From positions 30,256,001-30,320,000 of the forward strand of contig NC_043007.1 in the NCBI RefSeq assembly GCF_006345805.1: DNA of 64,000 nt, read 5' to 3'. The stretch comes from Octopus sinensis (Eukaryota). Shown piece after piece: positions 39,051-51,566 of this stretch. Under the pieces are notes generated by a model. The model saw nothing but the letters and a program-made list of their open reading frames with translations. It was not told where the DNA came from and did not search any database. A program made the translations under genes and the position numbers. Numbering within the stretch: position 1 is the stretch's first letter; each line of letters begins with the position of its first letter.

Positions 39051-39751
39051 AGTTTGGTCACTGCTCATATGGCGTGAAATTGACAGACCGTCATCTCAAT
39101 AAAGTCTGTGACATTGATCTTTCTCCTCAGGGAATCGATCACACACACACACACATCATCATCATCATCATCAAACAAGTCCACAGATCTAAGCCCAATC
39201 GTAGAAGATCTCAGCATCTTCAAACAGCTCTCCACAATTACACAAGAGACCTTCTGGCATTTCATGATACTATCAGCTTCAATGCCATTAACAACGATGA
39301 AGTTATCACAGAACTCTAAGCCAGAAATGGAAGAAGAAGCTTCTTTGAAATACAGGAGTAAACCTGAACGCTATCAAATTGGGTATATTTGCAACTATTT
39401 TTGCAAAATGATTTAACTAATTGGACAGAACTGTTTACTCATTAATTTTAGCAATAATTGCATGTAAATAGCAGTGTTTATTTGTTTGCTTGGTAAATTC
39501 GCATTGCAATAAGCTAAAAATGTTACTTTTGTAGTCCTCAACCGAGATAAAAGTATCCGTGCATGACATGTGTTGTTCGGTCATCTATAGCATACCAACA
39601 GAGTAAAATAGGCTTTCCTTGTTAATGATGTGATACGTACTAGACTTAGTTGATACATATATACACATACATACACACATGTATACATACATATATGAAT
39701 TCATACATGCATACACACATACATACATTTATACATACATTCAATATAGAT

Positions 39752-40033
39752 GGAGGCACATGGCCTAGTGGTTAGAGCAGCGGACTCACAGTCGAGGGAT
39801 CGCGGGTTCGAATCTCAGACTGGGCGGTGTGTGTCTTTATGAGTGAAATACCTAAGCTCCACGAGGCTCCGGCAGAAGGTAATGGCGAACTTCTGCTGAC
39901 TCTCACTCTTTCCTCCTGCGTCTTACCGCTCACCTGCGACGGACCGGCGTCCCGTCCAGACGGGGAACCTATACGCCAAGGAAACCGAAAAACCGGCCCT
40001 TATAAGCCAGGCATGGTTCGAGAAGGAACAAAC
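39752..40033 (+). mobile_element. SINE with family B head and an alternative 3' half
   Basis: The first ~130 nt match 13025-13150. It then reads cctgcgacggaccggcgtcccgtccag...ggaaaccgaaaaaccggccc, which is absent from 13025-13340. Confidence 0.8.
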
Positions 40034-42380
40034 ATGTTCAACATATATACTTGCACTACATACATATTTACATACATGCATTCATACGGACATACATGCA
40101 TATAAATACATACATACATACTTCCATGCATGCGCACATACATACGTACGTGTATATAGAGACAGACAAGAAAAGACGAAAGCCGTTTTACATATTAATA
40201 TATTTGATAAATTTCATTGCACGAAGAAATTAATATGCAATGCATATCAGAAACACGGAAAAACATTTGAGAAAATCGGAATTTTCATCGAGAAACAGAA
40301 TAATCTTTACATTTATTGTAAAATAAAACAGTTCTAATACAAAGTGTACAAGTCATGTGATACAGGAAATATGTCATGTGATATTGGAAATATGTTTATT
40401 TTACGATGACATTACCTTCTCCGGGATACTTACTTCTATGGTGTTTTTTTCTGTTTATAAAACAGCTTTAGATGGCTGTTTCATGTGTGACTTAGACAGG
40501 CGTCAGAATTAATGATTTTTAAAAATTACTTTTTAACCGAAAAGAAATCCGAAGCTGAGAAGGAAGAATAAATTTTCAGAAGATATTGAATTAGAAAAGA
40601 AGTTTGTTTATCGCAGCTGCTGCACTCGGTTTTGTAAGATGGCGATATGGATGAAAGGAATAAAACAAAAGTGCTATGGTCTGAGCAAATAATAAACCTG
40701 AATATTCCTTGGAAGTATCAATGCTGTTTGGCGCTGCCCGTGGGAGCAATACTGCCGAGAGGTGCCCAAATCATTAGGGTTGGTAGTTGACAGGAGGCGA
40801 AGGGTGTGTACTTTATTCTTGGCTCTATCTAACATATAAATATACATCGCTCTGAAGTTGCAAGAAAGATCGTTTAGTTTAAATAAAAGATATATTTTAC
40901 GAGATCTGCTGAGTTCTCACTTCTATTCTTTACAAACTGTAACATACACTCACTCAGACATACGTAGCGTCTGGTTATATGTGTGTATCAACAATAGGGG
41001 AGTATGCATTTGAAATTATTTTATTCTTTTACATGTTTCAGCCCTAAGGATGTGGTCAGGCAGGAGTGCCGCCAGTGTTTGATATGTAAGATTTGAAATA
41101 GCTTAAATTTTGCAGTTAGAAGACAAACTTTCTTTCTACGGTGTTTTAAATCTAGACATATCAAAACTTTGAGAAACTCGGAAATTTGGGTCTATACACA
41201 CGCCTTTCGCGACACCCTGAAAGCCAGAAACTTTTCAGAACCACCTCGTATGTGTATTTATTTATATAAGCCGGGATGTTTTCCAAAATGGAGGCGAACA
41301 CCGTTCTCCTTGTGATCGGCTTCAAAAATTGTTAAGACACTCGGATATCTTCCTACTTTTCTTAACATGAAACCAATGGTAGCCTTAATTTACAAATAAA
41401 GAAATTATATCCACCAATGCGGTATTGAGCACTCATTTTCATCGTTCAACATTTATGTATATATGTGTGTGTGTGTGTGGGTAAGTACACATGTGTGAGC
41501 CTTTGTACAGAAACGCTTCATACGCGTCTTATTATCTGTGCAAAACTATAATCATTTGAGATTCTTGCAATTAGAAGGCAATAATTTTCAACTATTTTAA
41601 AGGGACATTTTATGCTCTAATGTAAAGGTAATATAAAATAACCGCAACATAAACATTATTTTCTTCAATCAGTTTTAAAAAACAATAATAATATCTCCTA
41701 TCTACATTGTTTTATTTTCCACTTTTCATCTCAAAAGCAAAAAACTCCCTCTAGTCTGTGTAATGTCTGAAAACAACAAAAATTCTAAGTGATGACTTCA
41801 ATAAAATGATAACCGTCTAAAATCCAATAACTATAAAATAATCCACATCTTTGAAAATACAATTTAATGAGGGCGTCACGCGTTTGAGACTCATCTTGTT
41901 CCAATATTCTTAGATCTTAAACGAGGTATTGTCTGTACAGACTGATACAAACCTACACACATACACTCATGCAAGCACGCTAACGCACACACACGCCTTC
42001 ACGCGTGCACACACACACACACACATACATACACACACACTCTCTCTCTCTCTCTCTTTCTCTCTCTCACACACACACATACCTACAAAGGGTAGACCAG
42101 TAGTTTGTTGCTACCGGAATGCAAGTTGGAACTTGATCTACCCCGGCTGGCCAATTAAGCGAGTGGGTTTGATGTTGAAAGACCCGAAACCCCTAAGTTC
42201 CCAGGAACAACGCAGGTGATGTATTCCAGAGCATCCACCTGATGTATTTTGAAACTATAACCGGTTGTCATTATCGAAGAGCCTCTTTTCAAAATGCTCA
42301 ATGCTCATAACGAGCAGCTTCCACTTTGTGAGTGGTTCTGCACAAAATATGACCACCACCAAGGATAACAAGCTTTATAA

Positions 42381-42612
42381 GCTCTTTTACTCTTTTACTT
42401 GTTTCACTCATTTAACTGCGGCCGTGCTGGTGCATCGCCTTAAAGGGTTTTTAGTTGAAGAAATCAACCCCAGGACTTATTCTTTGTAAGTCTAGTATTT
42501 ATCCTATCGGTCTTTTGTGCCGAACCACTAAGTTAATGCTAAGGACGTAAACACACCAGCTTCGGTTGTCAAGCAATTGTGGGGGTGGGAAGAGGGGTCA
42601 AATACAGACATA
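42381..42612 (-). mobile_element. SINE family C, 3' half
   Basis: Tail ctcttttactcttttacttgtttcactcattt and body as rc of 26470-26670. Confidence 0.8.
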
Positions 42613-42630
42613 AATATATACATATATATT

Positions 42631-43013
42631 CCTTTATTCTTTTATTTATTTGTTTGTCATTTGACTGCGGCCATACTGGAGTACCGCCTTGAAGGATTTT
42701 AGTCGAGCAAATCGACACCTGGACTTAATTTTAAAACCTAGTACTTATCTCTCTCTCTCTCTCTCTCTGGCCGAACCACTATGTCACGGGGCGTAAACAC
42801 ACCAACAACACCGGTTGTTAAGCGGTGATGGGGAGGACAAATACAGACGCACACACACACCAGACGGGCTTTTTTCAGTTTCCGTCTATCAAATCCACTC
42901 ATAAGGCTTTGGTCAGTAGAAGATGCTTGCACAAGTCACCACGCAGTGGGACTGAACCCGGAACCATGTGTGATTGGGAAGCAACCTTCTTACCACACTG
43001 CCACGCCTGCACC
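42631..43013 (-). mobile_element. SINE family C, full copy in tandem with the previous one
   Basis: rc aligns with 26251-26650. Confidence 0.85.
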
Positions 43014-43035
43014 TCTATCTATATATCTCTCTATC

Positions 43036-43106
<71 letters not shown>

Positions 43107-43145
43107 GTCTGTCTGTCTGTCTGTCTGCCTGTCTTTCTCTCGCTC

Positions 43146-43176
<31 letters not shown>

Positions 43177-44221
43177 GTCGATCTGTCTATCGATCGGTCT
43201 ATTTGTCGATCTGTCTCTCTCTCTCTCAATCTCTCTCTCTATCTATCTATCTATCTCTATCTAACTCTATCTCTCTCTACATCTTTATCTATCTCTCTAT
43301 CTATCTATTTGTCTCTCTCTCTCTCTCTCTACCTCTCTCTCTATCTTTATCTCTCTCTACATCTTTATCTATCTCTCTATCTATCTATTTGTCTCTCTCT
43401 CTCTCTACCTCTCTCTCTATCTTTATCTCTCTCTTTCTATCTATCAATCTATCTGTCGATCTGTCTGTCTGTGTTATGTCTATCTATCTAATGTGCGTGT
43501 GCGTGTGTGTGTGTGTGTATGTGTGTGTTTAGCGTAGTTCGATTACCGTTTATAAACGCCTTCTCTATGGAAATGAAGCAGATGGGAATCCACCCTTTTA
43601 ATTAATGCATCCTTTTAATACATCCCACGAAGAGATTAACAAAATGTTAACTTTCCACAGGGAAGTCGCTGTGATCCGTAACTAAACAACATAAGGCTTA
43701 TTGGAGATTCTCGAATACACGTTGTTTGTACATATAATGTTTATTGATTATACACACATAAATATACACACGCACACACACACGTATATATACACACACA
43801 CATACACTTGAATTTATGCATTAACCTATACAAACACACACACACACACACATATTCACACATTGTATAAACTCGAAGACTATTGATTATTGACCAACTG
43901 TGTAAACATCGTAAACATAGCACCGGCCAAGATAATTTAATAGTCAATAAGTCCAGTAAAGCACCGAACTAAATTTCTTTTCACAGCAAAATAAATTTAT
44001 TTATTTGTTCTACTATATTTCTATATTTTGCTGTAAATTGGGAAGGTCATTGCGTCAATAATAAACACATGCATTGGTCCAAATTCACTTCTTTATTGTT
44101 AATCAGTTGGCTACTTGCCTCACCAACTTACTAATAGGTCACTTGTTTAATTAGTTAGTAGAACAATCGGTCAGTTTGTCACAGTCCTTTTGTCACCATT
44201 CTCTACCTCATCAATAACATG

Positions 44222-44259
44222 TCCTCTCTCTTCCAGGTACGTTTCAAATGTCTGTGAGT
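44222..44259 (+). promoter_or_regulatory. Juxtaposed 3'/5' splice-site motif (candidate recursive splice site or micro-exon)
   Basis: tcctctctcttccAG|GTACGT at 44222-44242, with a second donor GTGAGT at 44254-44259. Confidence 0.35.
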
Positions 44260-45620
44260 CAGTCCTGAGTCTATATACTTGTTGACATGCGGTGATCTAT
44301 TTTAGAAAGGAAGAGAGAGAGAGAGAGGAAGGAAGAGTATATGTGAGTGCGTTCATATGGGCGTGCACCTGTTTGTATGCGTGTGAGAATAGTCTCAGAA
44401 AAAATGTTATTGATATTTTTAAGCTCTATAAAACCTACACGTGTTTCCATACCCCGATTGTCATTATTACGTAAGCCAATCATCACTATTGTCCAATATA
44501 ATAATGGCATATTTCCTCAGCATCGTCACCAAATGAAACTTTTTGGTAACGTGTTACACACGCCAGCGCACATTTTAGTACAAATGTGAGTATAAATACA
44601 TTACATATACAGTTTATATATATATATATATAAATACACACACACATACATACAAATACATATATATACCTATATGTTTATATATGTATATATATATATA
44701 CACACACATTTACTAATACATACAGATACATATATATATACCTATATGTTTATATATGTATATATACATATATGCATGTATACATATGTGAGTGTGTGTG
44801 TGCGTATGTATGTACAAATAATGTTCAAAGATCGCACAGAAGGATGACAAATGCACAAACGGGAAACTCACACACGAGACATGCAAATGCTCATCTCTCA
44901 CCAGTTATCGCCCAAAAATGATTAAAATTTCGCGCCTATGAAAAAAAATATATATATATACTCAGTATATGATTTAACTTATTAAACACAGTTCAACAAA
45001 TTCCTCTTTATGTAAATGGAGGAGATTAGATGTTAAAATGGTTGATTGTTTTCATTACTCGTGTTGCCAATTTGTTTCATATAAAAGGAATGAGATATTC
45101 ATAATAGAAATTCGGAATTGTCAAATTTGTACTCGTCGGTAGCTTGGATAAACACTAAAAAAAGCCGTTAGAAGTTCATCGACTTTCTGTTAGTAATCAT
45201 GTTGTAAAGGGTTTGTTCTTGGAGTCATGTCTATTTTAAACAAGACTAAAAAATATATATATTCGGTGATAATATATATAATAACATTAAAATATGAATT
45301 TCTGTATGTGCGTCTATTTAAACTGCGTAAAATAACTGGTCAGGCTGTATTTGTGTTTACGACGAGTAATCCCAATAAAGAAGTGAAAGGATTTTGAAAT
45401 ACAAAAACTAAGTTTTGTGTTATTCTGTTGTGTCTGGGGAGAGTCCTTTTCTTTTTGTGCCTTATAATGGAACACACTCACCGGTGACATTTCTACTCAT
45501 TTCTTATTTTTTTATTTTCCTAAAATTTTCCTTGCGTCTTGCAACTTTTTCAATAGTCTTGACTCTGTCCGTTATTTACACTGCGCTCCTTTTTGTTCGT
45601 TTGTGCGCATGCGTGTGGGT

Positions 45621-45654
<34 letters not shown>

Positions 45655-46413
45655 CTATGCATGTACGTATGTATGTGTGTATGTATGTATGTATGTATGT
45701 GTATGTATGTATATATGCGTGTGTATGCATATGTATATATGTATGTGCGTGCATCTGTATGTATCCTGCATATTCATGTGCTTGTATGTCCGAGTTTGTG
45801 TATCTTTTATGTGTGTGTGTGTGTGTGTGTGTGTGTGAGCGTGTGTTTCTATGTGTATGCACCTCTGTCTCCTTCTGTATGCATGTCTGTGTGTGTGTGT
45901 GTTTTGCAACTATGCACCATGTTTGTATGTATGGATGTGTATCTCTGTATGAGTGGATCTCTCTCCCCATGTGTCCTTGTGTGGAGTAAAGTGTGTGTGT
46001 ATATATGGTCATGTCTTTCACTCTTCCATTTGCGTATGTATGCTCGTCTGTACTTATAACCTATCTACCTATCCGTCCGTATTTTCATATCTATATGCTT
46101 ACAGAAAAAAAAAACATCTGCATACACACACACACACATAACAGTCTACTAACTATTCTACTCTACCCGTGTAAATTGTGGGTATGGAGGTATGATATCT
46201 ACTATGTATATTTCCTAGTTAGTATTGGGGAGGTTTCATTTATAAGGACGTACTCCCATATTTGTCTGAGTGTTGGGTCTTTTGGGTGCTTGGATAAGAT
46301 GCGGATGTCAAGTTAACCGTTAATTATCCTTATTAGAAAACATATTTAGTATTAATCAATAATTATTTCAGACCTTTTATTTACAGTAAATACCTAAATT
46401 ATAAATTTTATAT

Positions 46414-46452
<39 letters not shown>

Positions 46453-46458
<6 letters not shown>

Positions 46459-47075
46459 GGAGTTAAACGCAGGTGTTATTCAAATTCTTTACTTTCGACA
46501 CATTTTTCCAAGACAACATTGGCATTATTCCAAAGGAAATAAAATGGTGTACAACAATGTAATCTCATCAGGGAAAGAAAGAAAGAAACGAAACTCATCA
46601 ACAAGACATTTTAACAGAATGTGATGGATGTATATAATGATGAACGGAACGCTATTAAGCTTTTTTAAAAACCCGTAAGAAGATATAACGCCAAAGGTAG
46701 CCTATAGAACGAGGAGGGGGTAAAGGAAAGAAATAAGCAGAAAACTAATAAAGGGGAAATATAGAGGGATATGGGAATTAAAATAAAAGCTTAAAGGCTT
46801 GGAAATAGATATATCTTGTGGAAGTGAAATGTAAGAAGAAAATCAATGTTCAAATTATATAGAATGGTAGATATCACTTATATAAACTAAAGGTGTGTTT
46901 CTGCCAATGTTTACATCGATAAGCACGTTCTATAACCGTGTTTACAAGGGGATTCTTAGAAAAAGAATAGAAAATAGTTCACTATTACAAAGTTGGCAGA
47001 ATTCTTTGCCCTTATCATATGGGAATGAAATAGAGAGAATCAAATGAACCAATCTAAATTAAATTGTTTATTATG
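46453..47075 (-). mobile_element. Penelope-like element 3' end: GIY-YIG C-terminus, 3' UTR and pLTR
   Basis: 46889-47072 (rc) reads NKQFNLDWFI...FPYDKGKEFCQLCNSELFSILF.KNPLVNTVIERAYRCKHWQKHTF, matching the C-terminus of the 49248 frame. Ends at (TA)n. Confidence 0.75.
46484..46582 (-). ncRNA. Decayed copy of the 13951-14044 hammerhead family
   Basis: CTGATGA at 46571-46565; gtcttg-GAAA-aa-tgtGTC-gaaag-t-aaag. Core positions 11.1 and 15.2 are mutated and the first 3 bp of helix II are lost. Confidence 0.65.
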
Positions 47076-47095
47076 GTCACACACACACACACACA

Positions 47096-47300
47096 TATAC
47101 TTTATTTAAAAGCAGCAGAAATATCACGAAAGCCGTTACTCAGAGTTTCACGTTCCCGGCCGACGAACGGGAATGTGAAATTCTGAGTAACAGTTTTTGT
47201 GATATTTCTTATTTTAAATAAAGCATATCACTCTACCTCTGGTATTTGAATACTCTTTTTTCCACCTTGTTTCACATTTTCGTTCTCACTCGGGTGTATA
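47096..47300. mobile_element. Head-to-head inverted PLE pLTR fragments forming a long palindrome
   Basis: Arms 47096-47158 and 47168-47227; 36/41 identity over the inner arms. The right arm carries CCGACGA-AC...GT-GAAAT-tctgaGTA-acag. Confidence 0.7.
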
Positions 47301-47334
47301 TATATAAAATAAATATATAATATAGTTATATATG

Positions 47335-47365
<31 letters not shown>

Positions 47366-47368
47366 AAG

Positions 47369-47447
<79 letters not shown>

Positions 47448-47846
47448 ATATAAAGTTATATATGTATATATATATATAGAGAGAGAAATAATGTTATATA
47501 TATATAATATATATATATATAACGTAAACTTCGTGTAAGATTTAACACGGTTAAATGGTTAGCGCCATCATCAGCGCATGCACGATAAATTAGACTGAAC
47601 AGTTAAGCATGGTCGGAGTGTGTACACACAATATATAGCTATAAATTAATCGAAATGTTACACTGCAGCCATTTTGACGGCGACCATTCGGCACCAAATC
47701 GTTTTCGCGACGGTCGTTTTAACACGGGCAAATAACATGATTGAGCACTTCGTCAATAATTCATTTTCACGCATTGGAAGCTGTAGTATTTACATATATA
47801 TACATACATACATACATATATATATATATATAATATATATATATAA

Positions 47847-47879
<33 letters not shown>

Positions 47880-47900
47880 CATACATACATACATATGCAT

Positions 47901-47937
<37 letters not shown>

Positions 47938-47976
47938 CTATATATACATACATATGCATACACACACACACACAAA

Positions 47977-48026
<50 letters not shown>

Positions 48027-48113
48027 CATATATATATATAATGAAGCTTAGCTTTGTTTACATATTCACATACGGCTTTGCGTTGGGAAATATGTTTGAT
48101 TACTTCAATAATT

Positions 48114-48173
<60 letters not shown>

Positions 48174-48783
48174 ATGTCTGTCTGTCTGTTTGTCTGTCTG
48201 TCCACACACACATACAACCATACATATGTGTGTGTGTGTGTTGAAAGTGCAACTGTATTTACGTAAAGTAGATTATGTTCGATAAGTCCGGTATGATTCG
48301 AATGCACAAAGTTATTGAGTCTACAACTTTGCGCATGCACTTCGAGCATGCACCTTCAGCGATGGACTACAGAGTTTATACAAGTTTTGAATCTAGAATA
48401 GCATGTATCAAGATATCCATCATCCAACTGATTCCTCATTTTTCAGACAACAGAGTAACATTTGGCTGCTGTTTCTAGTAATTCGATCTAACTTGTAAGG
48501 TTTTTCCTCATTAACTTCTATATTCTTTGTGTCAAATTTAATGATGGCTTCAGGAACATTCCTTTGATCACAGATTTGTAGCTTACATTGGATGCTGGCA
48601 GCCATTAAACCTCATTACTGCCATCAGTGTCTGAGAGGTGGTGAGGTATTAGTCTGGTATTGTTTTTTTCTCTAAACGGATGCCGGAACTGTACCGAAAA
48701 GTTAGTTTTGGCTGAGTCTGTGTTCAAAATACGTATGAAATTAATGAGCGCCATAATATATAACTATATCTCTCTATGGGTCC

Positions 48784-48832
<49 letters not shown>

Positions 48833-48987
48833 CTTTTGGCCTTTTTTTTCTTTTGCCCTTATTTAATAATGGTTATTGACAATTTTTGTCTATTTTTCGG
48901 CATATTTGGCATTAGAATTTTTCTTTTGTCCTTATTTTGTAAATTATATATATATATATATACAATAATATGTTACATTACTCGGTA

Positions 48988-49061
48988 GTCAAGATAAAAC
49001 TCTGAGTTTCAGATGCCGAAGTGGAAATCCACAACACCATCTCTTCGGTTATCTGGCTATT
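48988..49061 (-). ncRNA. Type I hammerhead motif with variant core and extended helix II
   Basis: Helix I agataa/ttatct; core CCGAAGA (49050-49044); helix II GATG...GTGGA-tt-TCCAC...CATC, plus one extra T; GAAAC (49012-49008); helix III ACTC-a-GAGT; GUU triplet. Confidence 0.6.
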
Positions 49062-49247
49062 TGAAAACGCTATGAAAAAATACCGTTAAATAAAGGGAAA
49101 TTACTGTGTTATAACTCTGCTTGCCTGCATACTTATACATCGCTCGCATTTTTCGTCATAAAAATTATATAAAAATACATAAAAAATATATAAAAAATAT
49201 ATAAAAATATATAAATTCTTCTTGGGACGTAACATAGAAAGCATGTT

Positions 49248-49745
49248 CTATCTGTTTTCTTTAGGGGACCAAAAACGTAACAGAAATTTAGTCACATGTG
49301 GGCATGATCCGAAAAGCTCTGTCCTTGTATTTAGACATGTAGTAGGGTCTAAGCTGCTTTTCCAGATAAGCCATCTCTCCATGTCGCATAGACCGCACCT
49401 TCCGCTGCCGTTGGTATAGGACTTACATCTGGCCAAAATCTTCCATTGTATGTTATAATCGACACCTTTATCTCTTAAAGACCAAATATGATTAGATAAT
49501 TGTGTCGCTTTTCTTTTGTTCCAGTGTCTAAAGCTCAAAGTGTGGTTATTGAACCTGGCCTTGAAATTACCCTCTGTAAGGCCCACGTATTTCTTCGTCG
49601 AAACGGTGTCTTTAGTGGTTATAGAGTTTACGGTAGCTTCATATATGATGGTCTTGGACATGCAAGCTCCATTTAGCGGGCACAATTCTTTATTCCTGCA
49701 TGAACAGCTGTTTTCTTGTTGTGTTTTTTTGTATGTTATGTTTGA
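49248..49745 (-). pseudogene. PLE GIY-YIG endonuclease domain, uninterrupted frame
   Basis: CSCRNKELCPLNGAC...IIY...YVGLTEGNFKARFNNH...TQLSNHIWSL...CGLC...LNTRTELFGSCPH. Confidence 0.9.
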
Positions 49746-49974
49746 TTATGTTTTTAAAATTGGTAGTTGAACTAAAACTAATTTTTAAATTGTGTCTATT
49801 GAAGAGTTTCCTATAAGTATGGTTAACTGGAAAATGTCTATCTATCAGTGCTAGGAAATATTTACCTATATTGAAGGCCACACACCACACACGCATATAT
49901 AATATATATTCTTTTACTCTTTTACTTGTTTCAGTCATTTGACTGTGGCCATGCTGGGGCGCCATCTTAAAATA

Positions 49975-50007
<33 letters not shown>

Positions 50008-50555
50008 ACACACACACACGCACATCATGCTTTGGTTGTTTGGTTTAGTCAGTGAAGATCCAGGAGGTGAGGAAGCCTATTTCATTCGTGGCTGAGTAAG
50101 CCAGTGTGCAAGGAGCGCGACGTAGAGGTGAGATGACGTTGCACGCGTACTTCATTCTCGCTGCTGGCTGACAAGATCGATAGAGGACATAGAAACGCAG
50201 TTGCAGCAGCGACAAAAGAAAGGACCGTTCAGATTTCAATGTTGATTCTCTTTGTTTCATTCACCACCGCCTTTTATCCGCAAGGTCAGTCACTACATGG
50301 CTTCCCGAAGCAGAACCTTGGCAGGAGAATAGTTTATCTGAAGGGCTGGCAGTCGGAGGTGGGGCGGAGGCTATAAAAGACAACTGATGATGATGATTAA
50401 AACAGGCGCTGAAGGACATCTTCAGAACATACTTGAAGTTATTCGATGCCCAATTCCAGAGTTGTTCCTCATCATAGATGCCTGAACTAAAGCAGTGAGA
50501 TTGATGGAGCAAGTAGAAAAAGATCCGCTGTCACATTTGGGGAAAAGTTTGTGAA

Positions 50556-50599
<44 letters not shown>

Positions 50600-51525
50600 T
50601 GGGTAGAGAGAGACGTCTTGAATTTAATTGACTTAATACCAACAGCTAGTCTGGAAACGTTAAAGATCGCCTCAGCCTCCGTCCCAGAAGCTGTTGAAGG
50701 TGAAGGTTTCACTATATTTCGGAAATGTCACCACATCCTCTTGAAATGGTGAAAAATAAATAGCCTGTCATTGCTGCAGAGTGGAATATAAGAAAAGAAA
50801 AGGCATGCAAAGAAGGAAGAATGAGCTAATACGGAAGACATGTAGGATACTGGAAAAGTTGCTTGCCTTTATGAGGCAACTCAGATCTACAGGGATAACA
50901 AAAAAGAGAAAAACATAGAATACTTAATGTCGTCAAGGATGATAAGAAACAACTGACACACTGTTGGGGTGTTAGATGAATGATCAATGTCCACTGCACT
51001 GACCTGTAGGACAGAATTTTGACAAAGACTAGGAAGTGTTCTACAGAGGATTTTTCCACAGAATATGTCTAACATTTTTAGGTCCAAACGACTTCGAAGA
51101 TTCTTATGAGTCAATTTGACCGTACCAGTTTTTAGTGCAACGATTTACTGCTGGGCACAGTAATGGTAAATTCCGAAATGACCTACTCTGGGAGAATTGT
51201 GGAGTGGGGGGTGGGGGTGGAATCTCATCTGAGTGGAGCCGGTTAACTCAATTTGTTCTTTGAGAATTTTTCTATCATAGAAAATTTCAAACATTAGAGC
51301 GTGAAACAATATGCTGTGCGGTCTTTTCTCAGGCTCCCTGTCTCCTAAGTTCAACTCCTGCCCAAGTGGACTTTTGTTTTCATCCTTTCAGGGTCGATAA
51401 AATAACGTTCCAGGCGTTTAAATCGAATGTTTCCTAATCCTAAAATTTAAAACCATGTGAGAAAATATCAATATTCATTACTTGTAAAATCACCACCAAC
51501 ACTGCCGCCGCCGCCACTACTACTA

Positions 51526-51566
<41 letters not shown>

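Larger units (their letters stand above)
48970..49885 (-). mobile_element. 5'-truncated Penelope-like element with pLTR
   Basis: AFNIGKYFLALIDRHFPVNHTYRKLFNRHNLKISFS, one frameshift near 49745, then the GIY-YIG frame. A hammerhead lies ~190 nt after the stop. Ends in a TA-rich tract. Confidence 0.9.
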
